A program made the translations under genes and the position numbers. A stretch of 64,000 bases of DNA from the NCBI GenBank assembly GCA_045651165.1, contig JAZRRX010000013.1, forward strand, positions 71,319 to 135,318, given 5' to 3'. Of the stretch, positions 1 through 9,378 are shown piece by piece; the first letter of the stretch is position 1, and the number at the start of each line of letters is the position of its first letter. The DNA is from Eubacteriales bacterium. GTDB lineage: Bacteria; Bacillota; Clostridia; Oscillospirales; CAG-272. The notes below the pieces were generated by a model that worked only from the letters and a program-made list of their open reading frames with translations, was not told the origin of the DNA and ran no database searches.

Positions 1-51
1 AGCAGAAGAGCAGATAGTAAACGGATTTTTGAAATAATTAAGGAGAAATAT

Positions 52-1290
52 ATGTCAAAACTCATAGGTAATGCAATAGTTGGACAAAGTGGTGGCCCTA
101 CCGCGGCAATAAATGCAACTTTAGCAGGCGTTGTTCGTGGTGTACTTGAAAATGTTCACGATGGTTCAATTAAGACACTTTACGGAATGAAAAATGGTGT
201 TGAAGGACTTCTCAAAGAGGATATTGTAAATCTTTCTGAATTCTTTGCAGAAACAGAAAAAATCGATATTCTTGAGCAAACTCCTGCAGCAGCCCTTGGT
301 TCTTGCCGTAAAAAGCTCCCAAAAATTGATGAGGGCAAAGAAACCTATGAAAAATTGATTGAAATTTTCAAAAAATATGATATAAGATATTTCTTCTATA
401 TCGGTGGCAATGACTCCATGGATACAGTTGCAAAGCTCTCTGAATACACAAAGAGCTGCGATTATGAAATGAGAGTTATCGGCGTGCCAAAAACTATTGA
501 TAATGACCTTGTTTGCACTGACCACACACCCGGTTTTGCTTCTGCTGCTAAATATATTGCAACTACAATGGCAGAAATCATTCGTGACTGTGCAGTTTAT
601 ACTACGAAGGCGGTAACAGTAGTTGAAATTATGGGACGTGATGCAGGTTGGCTTACGGCCTCTGCCGGCATAGGAAAGGCATTTGGTGGTGAAGTTGCAG
701 ACCTCATTTATCTTCCCGAAAAACCATTCAATAAAGACAAATTTTTCGAAGATTTGAGAGCAATTCTTGGAGTTAAACCCAATGTTGTTGTTGCAGTTTC
801 TGAAGGTATTCGTTTTGCAGACGGAACCTACGTTTGCGAGGGCTTTGGCATCGCATCAACCGACGTTTTTGGTCACAAACAGCTTTCTGGTACGGGTAAG
901 GCACTTGAAGTGGCTATTAAGAATGAATTTGGTTGTAAGGTGCGTTCAATTGAGCTTAATCTTCCTCAAAGATGCGCTTCTCATATCGCGTCAAAGACTG
1001 ATATCGAAGAAAGCGTGCTTGTTGGTAAGAGCGCGGTTAAGGCTGCGAGCGAGGGAATTACTCGTCAGATGATGACAATCGAGAGAGTAAGTACCAATCC
1101 TTACACAGTTGAAATTTCACACCGTGACGTTAGTGAAATTGCAAACAAAGTTAAACACGTTAATGACGAATTTATAAATGAAAGAGGAAATTCCGTAACA
1201 AATGAGTGTGCAAAATATCTCTTGCCACTTATTCAAGGTGAACTTGATGTAAAATACGAAAACGGAATTCCCAAGCATATAATAATATGA
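52..1290 (+). CDS. pfp: 6-phosphofructokinase family enzyme with pyrophosphate-dependent-type signature residues
   Basis: 412-aa ORF with AGGAG upstream of the ATG. PFK-family motifs GQSGGPTAAINA, YIGGNDSMDT, GVPKTIDNDL and MGRDAGW. The Asp after GG-x and the Lys in PKTIDND classically mark PPi- rather than ATP-dependent PFKs. Donor specificity is not proven. Confidence 0.85.
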   Translation: MSKLIGNAIVGQSGGPTAAINATLAGVVRGVLENVHDGSIKTLYGMKNGVEGLLKEDIVNLSEFFAETEKIDILEQTPAAALGSCRKKLPKIDEGKETYEKLIEIFKKYDIRYFFYIGGNDSMDTVAKLSEYTKSCDYEMRVIGVPKTIDNDLVCTDHTPGFASAAKYIATTMAEIIRDCAVYTTKAVTVVEIMGRDAGWLTASAGIGKAFGGEVADLIYLPEKPFNKDKFFEDLRAILGVKPNVVVAVSEGIRFADGTYVCEGFGIASTDVFGHKQLSGTGKALEVAIKNEFGCKVRSIELNLPQRCASHIASKTDIEESVLVGKSAVKAASEGITRQMMTIERVSTNPYTVEISHRDVSEIANKVKHVNDEFINERGNSVTNECAKYLLPLIQGELDVKYENGIPKHIII

Positions 1291-2252
1291 AAATTAAACA
1301 ATCGCAGATAAACCCATTTGAAAATAGCGATAGCAATAAAAGATATTATACCTACGACTATTTTCTAAAGAAAACATATGGTGGCAAATGCGCAAAAATC
1401 CCGCTTGACGCGGGATTTTCCTGTCCTAATATGGATGGCAAATGTGGTCATGGTGGGTGTATATATTGTTCATCACGCGGAAGCGGAGATTTTGCAGAAA
1501 GTTCTGCTTTGTCGATAAAAGAGCAGTTTGAAATTACTCGACAAAAGCTCACTTCTAAATGGAGTACAGAGCGTACAATTCCATATTTTCAAGCACGTAC
1601 AAATACCTACGCACCACTTGACAAAATCAAAGAAAAATTTGAAGAAGCACTTGAGTGCGATGGCGTTGTTGCGATGAACGTGGCAACAAGAGCCGACTGC
1701 TTACCAGACGATGTTGTTGAGTATTTAGCCGAGCTTGGAAATCGTGTTGATTTAACTGTTGAACTTGGACTTCAAACCATTCACGATGATATCGCAGACC
1801 TTATAAATCGAGGTCATACATACGAGCAATTTGTAAAAGGCTTTGAAAAATTACGCAAAGCAAATCCCAAAATTCGCATCTGTGTGCACATCATTTTTGG
1901 ACTTCCGAATGAAGATAATGAAATGATGATGCAAACTGCCAAGGTGGTGGGCGCACTCCGTCCTGATATGATAAAAATACACCTTTTGCACGTAATAAAG
2001 GAAACTGTACTTGCAAAGTGGTATGAAAGTGGGGAATATACTCCACTTGAGAGAGAACGCTATATCGAGCTTGTTGCGTATGCTTTGCAGTATTTTCATA
2101 AGGATACCGTTATCGCTCGCCTCACAGGTGATGGTGTTGCCGAGGACTTGCTCGCGCCCGAATGGTCGCGCAAAAAGACAACGGTTATCAACGATATCGA
2201 TAAATACCTTTTTACCCACAATATGTGGCAAGGGAAATTATTTAATACTTGA
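1287..2252 (+). CDS. radical SAM protein, TIGR01212/YtqA-like family
   Basis: 321-aa ORF whose start overlaps the pfp stop by 4 nt (ATGA). Cys cluster CPNMDGKCGHGGCIYCS is typical of this radical SAM subfamily. Confidence 0.75.
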   Translation: MKIKQSQINPFENSDSNKRYYTYDYFLKKTYGGKCAKIPLDAGFSCPNMDGKCGHGGCIYCSSRGSGDFAESSALSIKEQFEITRQKLTSKWSTERTIPYFQARTNTYAPLDKIKEKFEEALECDGVVAMNVATRADCLPDDVVEYLAELGNRVDLTVELGLQTIHDDIADLINRGHTYEQFVKGFEKLRKANPKIRICVHIIFGLPNEDNEMMMQTAKVVGALRPDMIKIHLLHVIKETVLAKWYESGEYTPLERERYIELVAYALQYFHKDTVIARLTGDGVAEDLLAPEWSRKKTTVINDIDKYLFTHNMWQGKLFNT

Positions 2253-2277
2253 CAACCTATCAAAGATGTGCTAAAAT
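2249..2277 (+). promoter_or_regulatory. sigma-A type promoter for the TPP riboswitch-thiT unit
   Basis: TTGACA (2249-2254), 17-nt spacer, TGcTAAAAT extended -10 (TAAAAT at 2272-2277). Confidence 0.6.
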
Positions 2278-2289
2278 ATATTTACAACC

Positions 2290-2385
2290 ACATAAAGTCA
2301 GGGGTGCTTATTGCTGAGATGGCATTTTAAAAATGCTGAACCCTTAAACCTGATACGGATAATGCCGGCGTAGGTAGTACTTGGG
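2290..2385 (+). promoter_or_regulatory. TPP (THI-box) riboswitch aptamer
   Basis: Conserved THI-element blocks AGGGGTGC...GCTGAGA...AACCCTTAAACCTGATACGGATAATGCCGGCGTAGG lie directly upstream of a thiamine transporter gene. Confidence 0.9.
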
Positions 2386-2406
2386 AGAAAACTCTCTAAA
2401 AATTAC

Positions 2407-2441
2407 AACCACACGGGCTTTCGTGTGGTTGATTTTATTTT
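2407..2441 (+). terminator. riboswitch expression-platform intrinsic terminator
   Basis: Hairpin AACCACACG-ggcttt-CGTGTGGTT followed by a T-rich tract, between the aptamer and the thiT RBS. Confidence 0.8.
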
Positions 2442-2455
2442 AGGAGGTGTTTTCT

Positions 2456-3115
2456 ATGAAAGAAAACAAAAAAAGAACTGAGGCTATTACCCTCAGTGCC
2501 ATTATGATTGCTTTTGCAATCTCAATTTCCGCAATTTGCGCGGTGATGCCATTTCTTAATCTTCCATTCGGTGGAGGATTTACAATCGCGAGTATGTTAC
2601 CTATAATTTTGATTGCCTATATGTACGGCACAAAATGGGGAATACTCACATCCTTTGTTTATTCAGTTTTGCAAATGCTTTTGGGATTTAACACAGTAAG
2701 TGCATTCTTTTTGCCAGGAGATAGCCAAATGCTTTGGTGGAAAGCTGTTTTAGTGGTTTTTATCGACTACGTTATTGCATACACTGTTCTTGGCTTTGGT
2801 GGAGTCTTCAGAAAGAAATATGAAACAAGAAAAGCACTTGTTTTGGGCTCAATTTTTGCCGTTTCATTAAGATATGTAGCACACATCATTTCGGGTGCGA
2901 TTTTCTTTGGAACTTGGGCAGAATGGTTCTTTACACAGGAAGGCTTTCCTGTATGGGGGACGAAAATTGTTGAAACATTCTCTGGTACATCTCTTGCAGT
3001 TATCTATTCTGTAATATACAATGGAATGTATATGATTCCCGAAATCATCATTACCGCTATAGTTGCTTGTTTAGTAGTTCGAATTCCTCAAATCAAGATG
3101 AGAGACGAAATATAA
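2456..3115 (+). CDS. thiT: thiamine transporter, ECF-type S component ThiT
   Basis: ATG at 2456 lies 8 nt after AGGAGG; the ORF-track start at 2447 has no RBS. Small protein with about 6 TM segments, immediately behind the TPP riboswitch. Confidence 0.8.
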   Translation: MKENKKRTEAITLSAIMIAFAISISAICAVMPFLNLPFGGGFTIASMLPIILIAYMYGTKWGILTSFVYSVLQMLLGFNTVSAFFLPGDSQMLWWKAVLVVFIDYVIAYTVLGFGGVFRKKYETRKALVLGSIFAVSLRYVAHIISGAIFFGTWAEWFFTQEGFPVWGTKIVETFSGTSLAVIYSVIYNGMYMIPEIIITAIVACLVVRIPQIKMRDEI

Positions 3116-3121
3116 AAGCTC

Positions 3122-3150
3122 TTGACTTTTTTTGATTTTTATATTATAAT
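3122..3150 (+). promoter_or_regulatory. sigma-A type promoter of rnpB
   Basis: TTGACT (3122-3127), 17-nt spacer, TATAAT (3145-3150). Confidence 0.65.
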
Positions 3151-3157
3151 ACAATCC

Positions 3158-3510
3158 GTAACCGCGCCGAACGGTCGCGCGATATGTTGCCGAAAGGTGT
3201 TATCGCGAGGAAAGTCCGGGCTTCACAGGGCAGAGTAGCTGATAACGTCAGCCGCAGGCGACTGCCGGGAAAGTGCAACAGAAATAGACCGCCTCTTTTT
3301 GAGGTAAGGATGGAAAGGCGAGGTAAGAGCTCACCCGTTTCTATGGTAACATAGATCCGCTGTAAACCCTACTTGAAGCAACACCGTACGCAGATGTCGG
3401 CCCGACACATATCTGCTAGGTGGCACGAGGGAAACCTCGAAGCTTGTTGGTGACAACAAGCGAAGATAGATGACCGTTTAAGACAGAACCCGGCTTATAG
3501 ACGCGATTAC
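3158..3510 (+). ncRNA. rnpB: RNase P RNA, bacterial type A
   Basis: Universal P4 elements GAGGAAAGTCCGGGCT and ACAGAACCCGGCTTA. The internal block GGGCAGAGTAGCTGATAACGTCAGC...AGTGCAACAGAAATAGACCGCC parallels type-A RNAs. A P1 helix forms between GTAACCGCG and CGCGATTAC. Ends are approximate. Confidence 0.92.
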
Positions 3511-3514
3511 ATTT

Positions 3515-3547
3515 AAAAAAGTCCTCTCAAACGAGAGGACTTTTTTG
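3515..3547. terminator. bidirectional intrinsic terminator (rnpB / FkbM gene)
   Basis: Hairpin GTCCTCTC-aaac-GAGAGGAC flanked by an A-tract and a T-tract. Confidence 0.8.
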
Positions 3548-4633
3548 TTATTCTTTTATCGCATATAAATTCAAGTCCCATGCGGGAATGTAGGGAAATC
3601 TGCGAAGATAAAGCGAATATTCAGGGTTTAATTTCTTAACTAATTCTGGCAAAGCAAACAAGTCCTCACTTCTGTGATAGAGAGAAACAAGGAGTTTAGG
3701 CGCGTGCATTTGAATTGTGTTTTTTGAACCTAAAAGCGCCTCTTTTTCCGAGCCCTCAACGTCATATTTTATGTAGTCCACTTGCTCACTGCCGAGCACC
3801 TCGTCCACTGAAATAACGTTGACTTCTTTGATTTTTGAAACGATGTTGCCCTTTGAAACAATACCAGCATTCCGGTTGCCACTCGCGTCAAAAAGTAGGG
3901 TGGTTTGTTCATTCCAAGCACCTGCATTAATGCATTGAATATCAATGTTATCAACGGTTTGAGCGTATTCATTGAGCTTTCTAAAATTTCGTGCATCGGG
4001 TTCAAGCGCAATCGCGGTTTTCAAATTTTGGTTGAACTGAAGCATCTCTCTTATTGTATCTCCGTTATACGCACCGAGGTCCATATATCTGCTTATGTTC
4101 TTACAATCGAGAAGATTATGATAAACATCTGCTTTGTCACTCTCGCTATCCCAAAGATAACGAATATCTCCACTTAATTTATAAGAAATCACATTTTCAA
4201 AAATTCTTTTCGATTCGTCATCTGCAAGAAGCTCATAAACTTTTTCAAATCTTGCACGATTTTCTTCAAAAAATTCAATTGTGAAAAGTGTTTCACCAAA
4301 AACAGGTACGTCGGGAGCGTATAACTCAAACTCATCCCCTACTTTTTTAAAAAGTGCCATAACTTCGGGGAGAGAAGAAGCAAACGATAACAATACGATG
4401 GGATTTTGCCCGTCGTATTTTTCTTTCATAGCGGAATATGAAATTACAGTTTTGCCGTGGAACGCGTGCCCACGCACAAAGCCGTCACTTGCAAAGAAAT
4501 CGGAAATTTCAATTCCGTATTTGTTGCAAACGGCAATAATCTTGTCTGCACCATTGCCCATTCCGTACATAACGATTGGACGACCACTGACTGCAAGATA
4601 GTGCCATAAATCAGTTTTTATATTAATATTCAT
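3548..4633 (-). CDS. FkbM-family methyltransferase with an N-terminal extra domain
   Basis: ATG at 4633 is preceded by GGAG. The C-terminal half carries a SAM-MTase motif I-like YMDLGAYNGDT and an FkbM-like tail (DYIKYDVEGSE). Confidence 0.7.
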   Translation of the reverse strand: MNINIKTDLWHYLAVSGRPIVMYGMGNGADKIIAVCNKYGIEISDFFASDGFVRGHAFHGKTVISYSAMKEKYDGQNPIVLLSFASSLPEVMALFKKVGDEFELYAPDVPVFGETLFTIEFFEENRARFEKVYELLADDESKRIFENVISYKLSGDIRYLWDSESDKADVYHNLLDCKNISRYMDLGAYNGDTIREMLQFNQNLKTAIALEPDARNFRKLNEYAQTVDNIDIQCINAGAWNEQTTLLFDASGNRNAGIVSKGNIVSKIKEVNVISVDEVLGSEQVDYIKYDVEGSEKEALLGSKNTIQMHAPKLLVSLYHRSEDLFALPELVKKLNPEYSLYLRRFPYIPAWDLNLYAIKE

Positions 4634-4738
4634 ATATATCTCCAATAATTTGTTAATAAGATTATACCATAAATGAGAATATATTTCAAGTGTAAATTAT
4701 ATGTTCAAATTTTGATTTGTAGGGGAGATTATATTTTC

Positions 4739-4934
4739 GTGCGAGATCCTTCGGTCGTTGCGCCTGACACCTTTAGGTGTCATTCTCGAGCGTAATAATC
4801 TTTTGCGTCCGTCACTTCGTTCCGAGATCCTTCGCTCCGCTCGAGGATGACGCAAAAGATTATAGCGAAGAATCTCGGCGCAACTTCCCTCAAGGATGAC
4901 GCGCAATATAACTCCCCGATAAATCCCAATTTAT
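4739..4934. repeat. nested palindromic intergenic repeat (GTCATTCTCGAGCG / CGCTCGAGGATGAC core family)
   Basis: Perfect 15-bp inverted repeat ATAATCTTTTGCGTC / GACGCAAAAGATTAT. Inverted cores GTCATTCTCGAGCG / CGCTCGAGGATGAC. Ends in an 18-nt tail CGATAAATCCCAATTTAT (4917-4934) that is identical to 33755-33772. Confidence 0.75.
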
Positions 4935-4989
4935 ATTTGAATAAAACGGTTATATTTTTCATAAACTAAACAAAAACGGAGTTTTGTTT

Positions 4990-5733
4990 ATGAAAAGTCA
5001 AAGAAAGAAATATGCCACATCATTCGCGTTGGGATTTTCAATATTTTGCATAATTTCAGCGCTTATTTCACTTATTTTGATAATTCCAATGATAAACTTC
5101 TCATTTCCTTTGCCGAGCAATAGCGTGGTGGCTAATAGTAATATCACAATTGTCCTCGATGCAGGGCACGGAGGTGAAGACGGAGGTGCGCAGGGCAACG
5201 GTCTTATCGAAAAGGATTTGAATCTTGACATTACCCTGCGTGTAGCTTCCCTTTTGCGTGAGCAAGGAGTAAATGTTGTTTTAACGCGCGATTCGGACGT
5301 TCTCTTGTACGATAAAAACTCCGATTACGAGGGCAAAAAGAAATATCAAGACGTGCGCAAGCGCCTTGAAATTGCCCAAAGCCAAGAAAATCCAGTGCTT
5401 GTGAGCATTCATATGAATTCTTTTGCCCAAACAAAATATTCGGGGCTTCAAGTGTGGTATGGAAAAAATGATGCGCGCTCAAAAATTTTGGCAAATTCCA
5501 TTCAATCGAATACTAAAATTTCTTTGCAACCCAACAACAAAAGAGTAACAAAACAAGCCACGAGCTCAATCTTTCTTTTGCACAACGCTACCTTCCCCTC
5601 CGTGCTCATTGAGTGCGGATTTCTCTCCAATCCAGACGAGGCACGCTCTTTAGGTGATGCCGATTACCGACAAAAGCTCGCAAATGTGATTTTCAAGTCG
5701 ATTATAGACTATATTTCGCAGAATAATACTTGA
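4990..5733 (+). CDS. cwlD: N-acetylmuramoyl-L-alanine amidase, CwlD-like
   Basis: Amidase_3 motifs VLDAGHGGEDGGA, VSIHMNSF and ECGFLSNPDE. Single N-terminal TM. Size and architecture match the germination-specific CwlD. Confidence 0.8.
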   Translation: MKSQRKKYATSFALGFSIFCIISALISLILIIPMINFSFPLPSNSVVANSNITIVLDAGHGGEDGGAQGNGLIEKDLNLDITLRVASLLREQGVNVVLTRDSDVLLYDKNSDYEGKKKYQDVRKRLEIAQSQENPVLVSIHMNSFAQTKYSGLQVWYGKNDARSKILANSIQSNTKISLQPNNKRVTKQATSSIFLLHNATFPSVLIECGFLSNPDEARSLGDADYRQKLANVIFKSIIDYISQNNT

Positions 5734-5791
5734 TTTTTTGCGAAGTTTTCTTTATAATATAGGTATATCCATAAAAAGGACGGAAAAGAAA

Positions 5792-7177
5792 ATGAAAGGT
5801 TTAAAAACTGTTTATATATGCTCGGAATGTGGTTGCATCTCTCCAAAATGGCTTGGAAAATGCAGTCAATGTGGTGCGTGGAACTCTCTCGTTGAGGACG
5901 TTATCTCCACCACTCCTGAAAAGCCAAGTGAAATAAAACACAAAACTCTCACAAGCGGAAAAGACAATCTTGCTTTGCGCTTCGATGAGACAGAGCTTCC
6001 CGATTACATAAGAAGCAACACCCGTCTTTCAGAGCTTGACAGAGTACTCGGTGGCGGACTTGTGCACGGCTCGGTGGTGCTCCTTGCAGGCGAGCCGGGT
6101 ATTGGTAAGTCCACCTTACTTATGCAAATTTCCGATGCTCTTGGTGAACAAAAGAAGGTTTTATACATTTCGGGTGAAGAATCCACAGATCAGCTCAAAT
6201 TAAGAGCACAACGACTTGGCATCGTGGGTAATAATCTCTATATTCTCACCGAAACAGAACTTGAAAAAACTATAGTTCAAATTGAAAAGGTAAAGCCCGA
6301 TGTTATCATTGTTGACTCAATTCAAACCATGTACAGCGACAAGATTTCAAGTGCACCAGGTACTATTACACAGATAAAAGAATGTACTCTTGCATTTATT
6401 ACAAAGGCAAAAAATGACGGCATCTCCGTTATTTTGGTAGGACACGTTAACAAAGAGGGCTCAATCGCAGGTCCTAAAATTCTTGAGCATATGGTTGACG
6501 CAGTTCTCTATTTTGAGGGTGACCGTCAACATTCATATAGAATTATTCGTGCGATGAAAAACCGTTATGGCTCAACAAACGAGATTGGCGTTTTTGAAAT
6601 GGGTGATACAGGGCTTATTGAGGTTTGCAACCCCTCCGAAATGCTCCTTGCCGACCGTCCAAAGAATGCATCTGGCAACTGTGCGCTTTGTACTATCGAA
6701 GGCACTCGTCCCCTTATTGCAGAGGTTCAGGCACTCGTTTCTCCAACAGTTTTCCCTGCCCCCAGAAGAACGTCAAACGGAATTGACTACAATCGCTTAA
6801 ATCTCATTCTTGCCGTTCTTGAAAAGCGCCTCAATATGCGTTTTTCGGCAAATGATGCTTATATTAACGTTATCGGTGGACTTCACATCGACGAGCCCGC
6901 AAGCGACTTGGCAGTTGCTATGGCGCTTATATCATCACTTCGAGATAAAGTTGTACCGGATGACCTCATCGCCATCGGAGAGCTTGGACTTTCGGGAGAG
7001 GTGAGAGCCGTTTCAAATCTTGAGCAAAGAGTTAAAGAAGCAGCGCGCCTTGGTTTTACAAAGGCGGCAGTTCCCCATCGCAACCTCGAAAAGCGTAAGA
7101 TTGAATGTGGAATTGAGCTTATCCCCATAAAGTCGATTTATGATACGCTTAAACTACTTACAGAGCCAAAGGAATAA
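5792..7177 (+). CDS. radA: DNA repair protein RadA/Sms
   Basis: Zinc ribbon CSECG..CSQCG, Walker A GEPGIGKST, the KNRYG motif and a Lon-like C-terminal domain. The ATG at 5792 gives the canonical MKGLKTVYIC N-terminus. Confidence 0.95.
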   Translation: MKGLKTVYICSECGCISPKWLGKCSQCGAWNSLVEDVISTTPEKPSEIKHKTLTSGKDNLALRFDETELPDYIRSNTRLSELDRVLGGGLVHGSVVLLAGEPGIGKSTLLMQISDALGEQKKVLYISGEESTDQLKLRAQRLGIVGNNLYILTETELEKTIVQIEKVKPDVIIVDSIQTMYSDKISSAPGTITQIKECTLAFITKAKNDGISVILVGHVNKEGSIAGPKILEHMVDAVLYFEGDRQHSYRIIRAMKNRYGSTNEIGVFEMGDTGLIEVCNPSEMLLADRPKNASGNCALCTIEGTRPLIAEVQALVSPTVFPAPRRTSNGIDYNRLNLILAVLEKRLNMRFSANDAYINVIGGLHIDEPASDLAVAMALISSLRDKVVPDDLIAIGELGLSGEVRAVSNLEQRVKEAARLGFTKAAVPHRNLEKRKIECGIELIPIKSIYDTLKLLTEPKE

Positions 7178-7320
7178 TTTTATTGACAATTTATTATTTC
7201 TATGCTACAATAATAGTAGAAAAATAATGGACACTCAAAAGTGCCCGATAAAAATAACGCAGAGTCGGGCAGATGTGCCTTGCTCTGCGTTTTTTTGCTT
7301 TTAGTAAAGGAGGAAATACA

Positions 7321-8037
7321 ATGAAAAAATTCATTATTATTACATTGGTATTTATACTCATAGTTATTACACCGTTACTAATCTATCATTTTGCCACCTT
7401 GCCTCCAAAGGAAACAAGCGGTACTATCGTTGGTGAGGTCTTTTATATAAAATATGCCAAGGCGGATTTATATGACTCCTGCATAATATATATAAAGCCA
7501 ACGGTGAACACTAATAACGCTCCGCTTATGTGCATAACGGTAAATACCGAAACGGAAACGGAATCTAATTTCGTCGGTGCTATGAATGAAACTCCTGAGA
7601 TACAAATTGGTGAAGTTGTTGAAATCGAATACATTACTAAAAATAGTAAGCTGTGGCCATATCTTGCAAAATCTATTAAGCCCTCAAATTCACAAACCGA
7701 TATGAGCTCTTGGACTACTCTTACAATGAATGATAATTATGCACCCCTACATTCGCAAGATCGTCCCGAAGATTTCGGCAAGGTTGTTTACGTTTCTAAA
7801 ATAACTTCCCCGCGCGAAGGTTATCTCGTATATCTTGATGATGCGAAATATGGCAGTCCGCTTAACTTATCCTGCTATTGGATTGATGATACTATAAAAA
7901 GTAGAGATGATGCGCTCTTTGCCTTGTTAGAGCAAGAGGCTACGGGATATTACATTGATATCAGTCCACTTTACACACATCCGTTTAACGAGGTAATATC
8001 ATTCCACGCGTTATTTGCTTTTCTTAAAGATGAATAG
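7321..8037 (+). CDS. hypothetical membrane-anchored protein
   Basis: ATG at 7321 after GGAGG. N-terminal TM helix (MKKFIIITLVFILIVITPLLI). No recognisable motif. Confidence 0.6.
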   Translation: MKKFIIITLVFILIVITPLLIYHFATLPPKETSGTIVGEVFYIKYAKADLYDSCIIYIKPTVNTNNAPLMCITVNTETETESNFVGAMNETPEIQIGEVVEIEYITKNSKLWPYLAKSIKPSNSQTDMSSWTTLTMNDNYAPLHSQDRPEDFGKVVYVSKITSPREGYLVYLDDAKYGSPLNLSCYWIDDTIKSRDDALFALLEQEATGYYIDISPLYTHPFNEVISFHALFAFLKDE

Positions 8038-8122
8038 TGTCTTATACTTCCCCTCTTGAGATAAGCCGAGAGGGGAAAGATTGTACTAACATATTATTAT
8101 AGAAGAAATTTCAAAAAAGCCC

Positions 8123-8151
8123 TTGACATTGTATTGCTTTTGTGGTAAAAT
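8123..8151 (+). promoter_or_regulatory. sigma-A type promoter of the rpmG-secE-nusG-rplKA block
   Basis: TTGACA (8123-8128), 17-nt spacer, TGgTAAAAT extended -10 (8146-8151). Confidence 0.6.
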
Positions 8152-8286
8152 AGCAGTACCTCTGCGAATGGGCTTTTTTGTTATGCCTATTTTTAGCGCC
8201 GTCCGTAAGGACAAGGCATGATACCATCTCAGAGGGAGGTACACTGACCGAAAAGGTCAAAAAAATTTAATGGGAGGTGCCGAAAA

Positions 8287-8448
8287 ATGGCTAATGATGC
8301 AAGAGTCAAAATTACTCTCGTTTGCACAGAATGCAAGCAGAGAAACTATGAATCTAAGAAAAACAAGAAGAATGACCCCGACAGACTTGAAATGAACAAG
8401 TACTGCAAATTCTGCCGCAAGCACACTCTTCACAAAGAATCTAAGTAA
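8287..8448 (+). CDS. rpmG: 50S ribosomal protein L33 (zinc-ribbon form)
   Basis: 53-aa ORF, below the ORF-track cutoff: [62 protein letters not shown]. Canonical position before secE. Confidence 0.93.
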   Translation: MANDARVKITLVCTECKQRNYESKKNKKNDPDRLEMNKYCKFCRKHTLHKESK

Positions 8449-8465
8449 TTGTAAAGGAGATTATT

Positions 8466-8729
8466 ATGGCAGATTTGGAAAACAAAAAAGCAAATAACCC
8501 CGAAACAAAAAATGTGAAGAAAAAAAGCGACAAACCTTCTCTTTGGAGCAGAATCAAATCTTTTGCAAGAAGCATTAAGAGTGAGGTTAAGAAAATTTCT
8601 TGGTCCCCTTGGACTGACGTTAAGAAAAACACATTTGTTGTTGTCGTTGTAATTGTGGTTTGCGCAGTTGCTTTGGCAATCGTTGACGTTGTATTTTCTG
8701 AAGGAATCAAATTGCTTGGTAAGCTCTAA
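8466..8729 (+). CDS. secE: preprotein translocase subunit SecE
   Basis: Small basic N-terminus plus a single C-terminal TM. KKISWSPWTDV motif. Conserved rpmG-secE-nusG synteny. Confidence 0.9.
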   Translation: MADLENKKANNPETKNVKKKSDKPSLWSRIKSFARSIKSEVKKISWSPWTDVKKNTFVVVVVIVVCAVALAIVDVVFSEGIKLLGKL

Positions 8730-8744
8730 TAAAAGGAGAACCAT

Positions 8745-9287
8745 ATGAGCGATATTAACGAAATGAATGTCGGCCCGAGATGGTATGTGGCGCACACCTA
8801 CTCAGGTTATGAAAACAAGGTAAAAACATCCCTTGAAAAAATTGTTGAGAACCGTGGTCTTGAAGATCTGATTTATGATATTAAAATTCCTGTTCAGATC
8901 ATCATCGAGAAGAAAGGCGACCAGGAAATCGAGGTTGAGGAAAAGCTCTTCCCCGGTTACGTTTATATCAAAATGACTATGAACGATGAAAGCTGGCACG
9001 CAATTCGCGGTATTACAGGCGTTACGGGCTTTGTTGGCCCCGGATCACGTCCTTCCCCTCTTTCAGACGAAGAGGTTGCCGCACTCAATATCGAAGAAAA
9101 GAAAGTTAAACTCAGCTACACCGTTGGCGACAGCGTTGTGGTTATTGGCGGTCTTTTCGATGGCTATACGGGAACAGTTCAGTCAATTTCCGACGATTCA
9201 AACAAAGTTACTGTCCTTGTTAACAGAGGACGCAGAGATATGCCCGTTGAGCTTGATGCGGGTATGATCAAACTCAAAGAAATCTAA
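8745..9287 (+). CDS. nusG: transcription termination/antitermination protein NusG
   Basis: NGN domain start RWYVAHTYSGYENKV, C-terminal KOW (GDSVVVIGGLFDGYTGTV), and synteny. Confidence 0.95.
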   Translation: MSDINEMNVGPRWYVAHTYSGYENKVKTSLEKIVENRGLEDLIYDIKIPVQIIIEKKGDQEIEVEEKLFPGYVYIKMTMNDESWHAIRGITGVTGFVGPGSRPSPLSDEEVAALNIEEKKVKLSYTVGDSVVVIGGLFDGYTGTVQSISDDSNKVTVLVNRGRRDMPVELDAGMIKLKEI

Positions 9288-9378
9288 TCAAGCACTTTTA
9301 TGCGACAACCATTGTCGCGTGGGAGGGAGAAAAATTTAGTGAATTCTCCCGCATAAACCACATTGGAGGTATTTTAAA

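Noticed and set aside
4697-4962. 69-aa and 60-aa minus-strand ORFs
   Set aside because: They lie inside the nested palindromic repeat. Their Arg/Ser-rich translation is a by-product of the repeat sequence.
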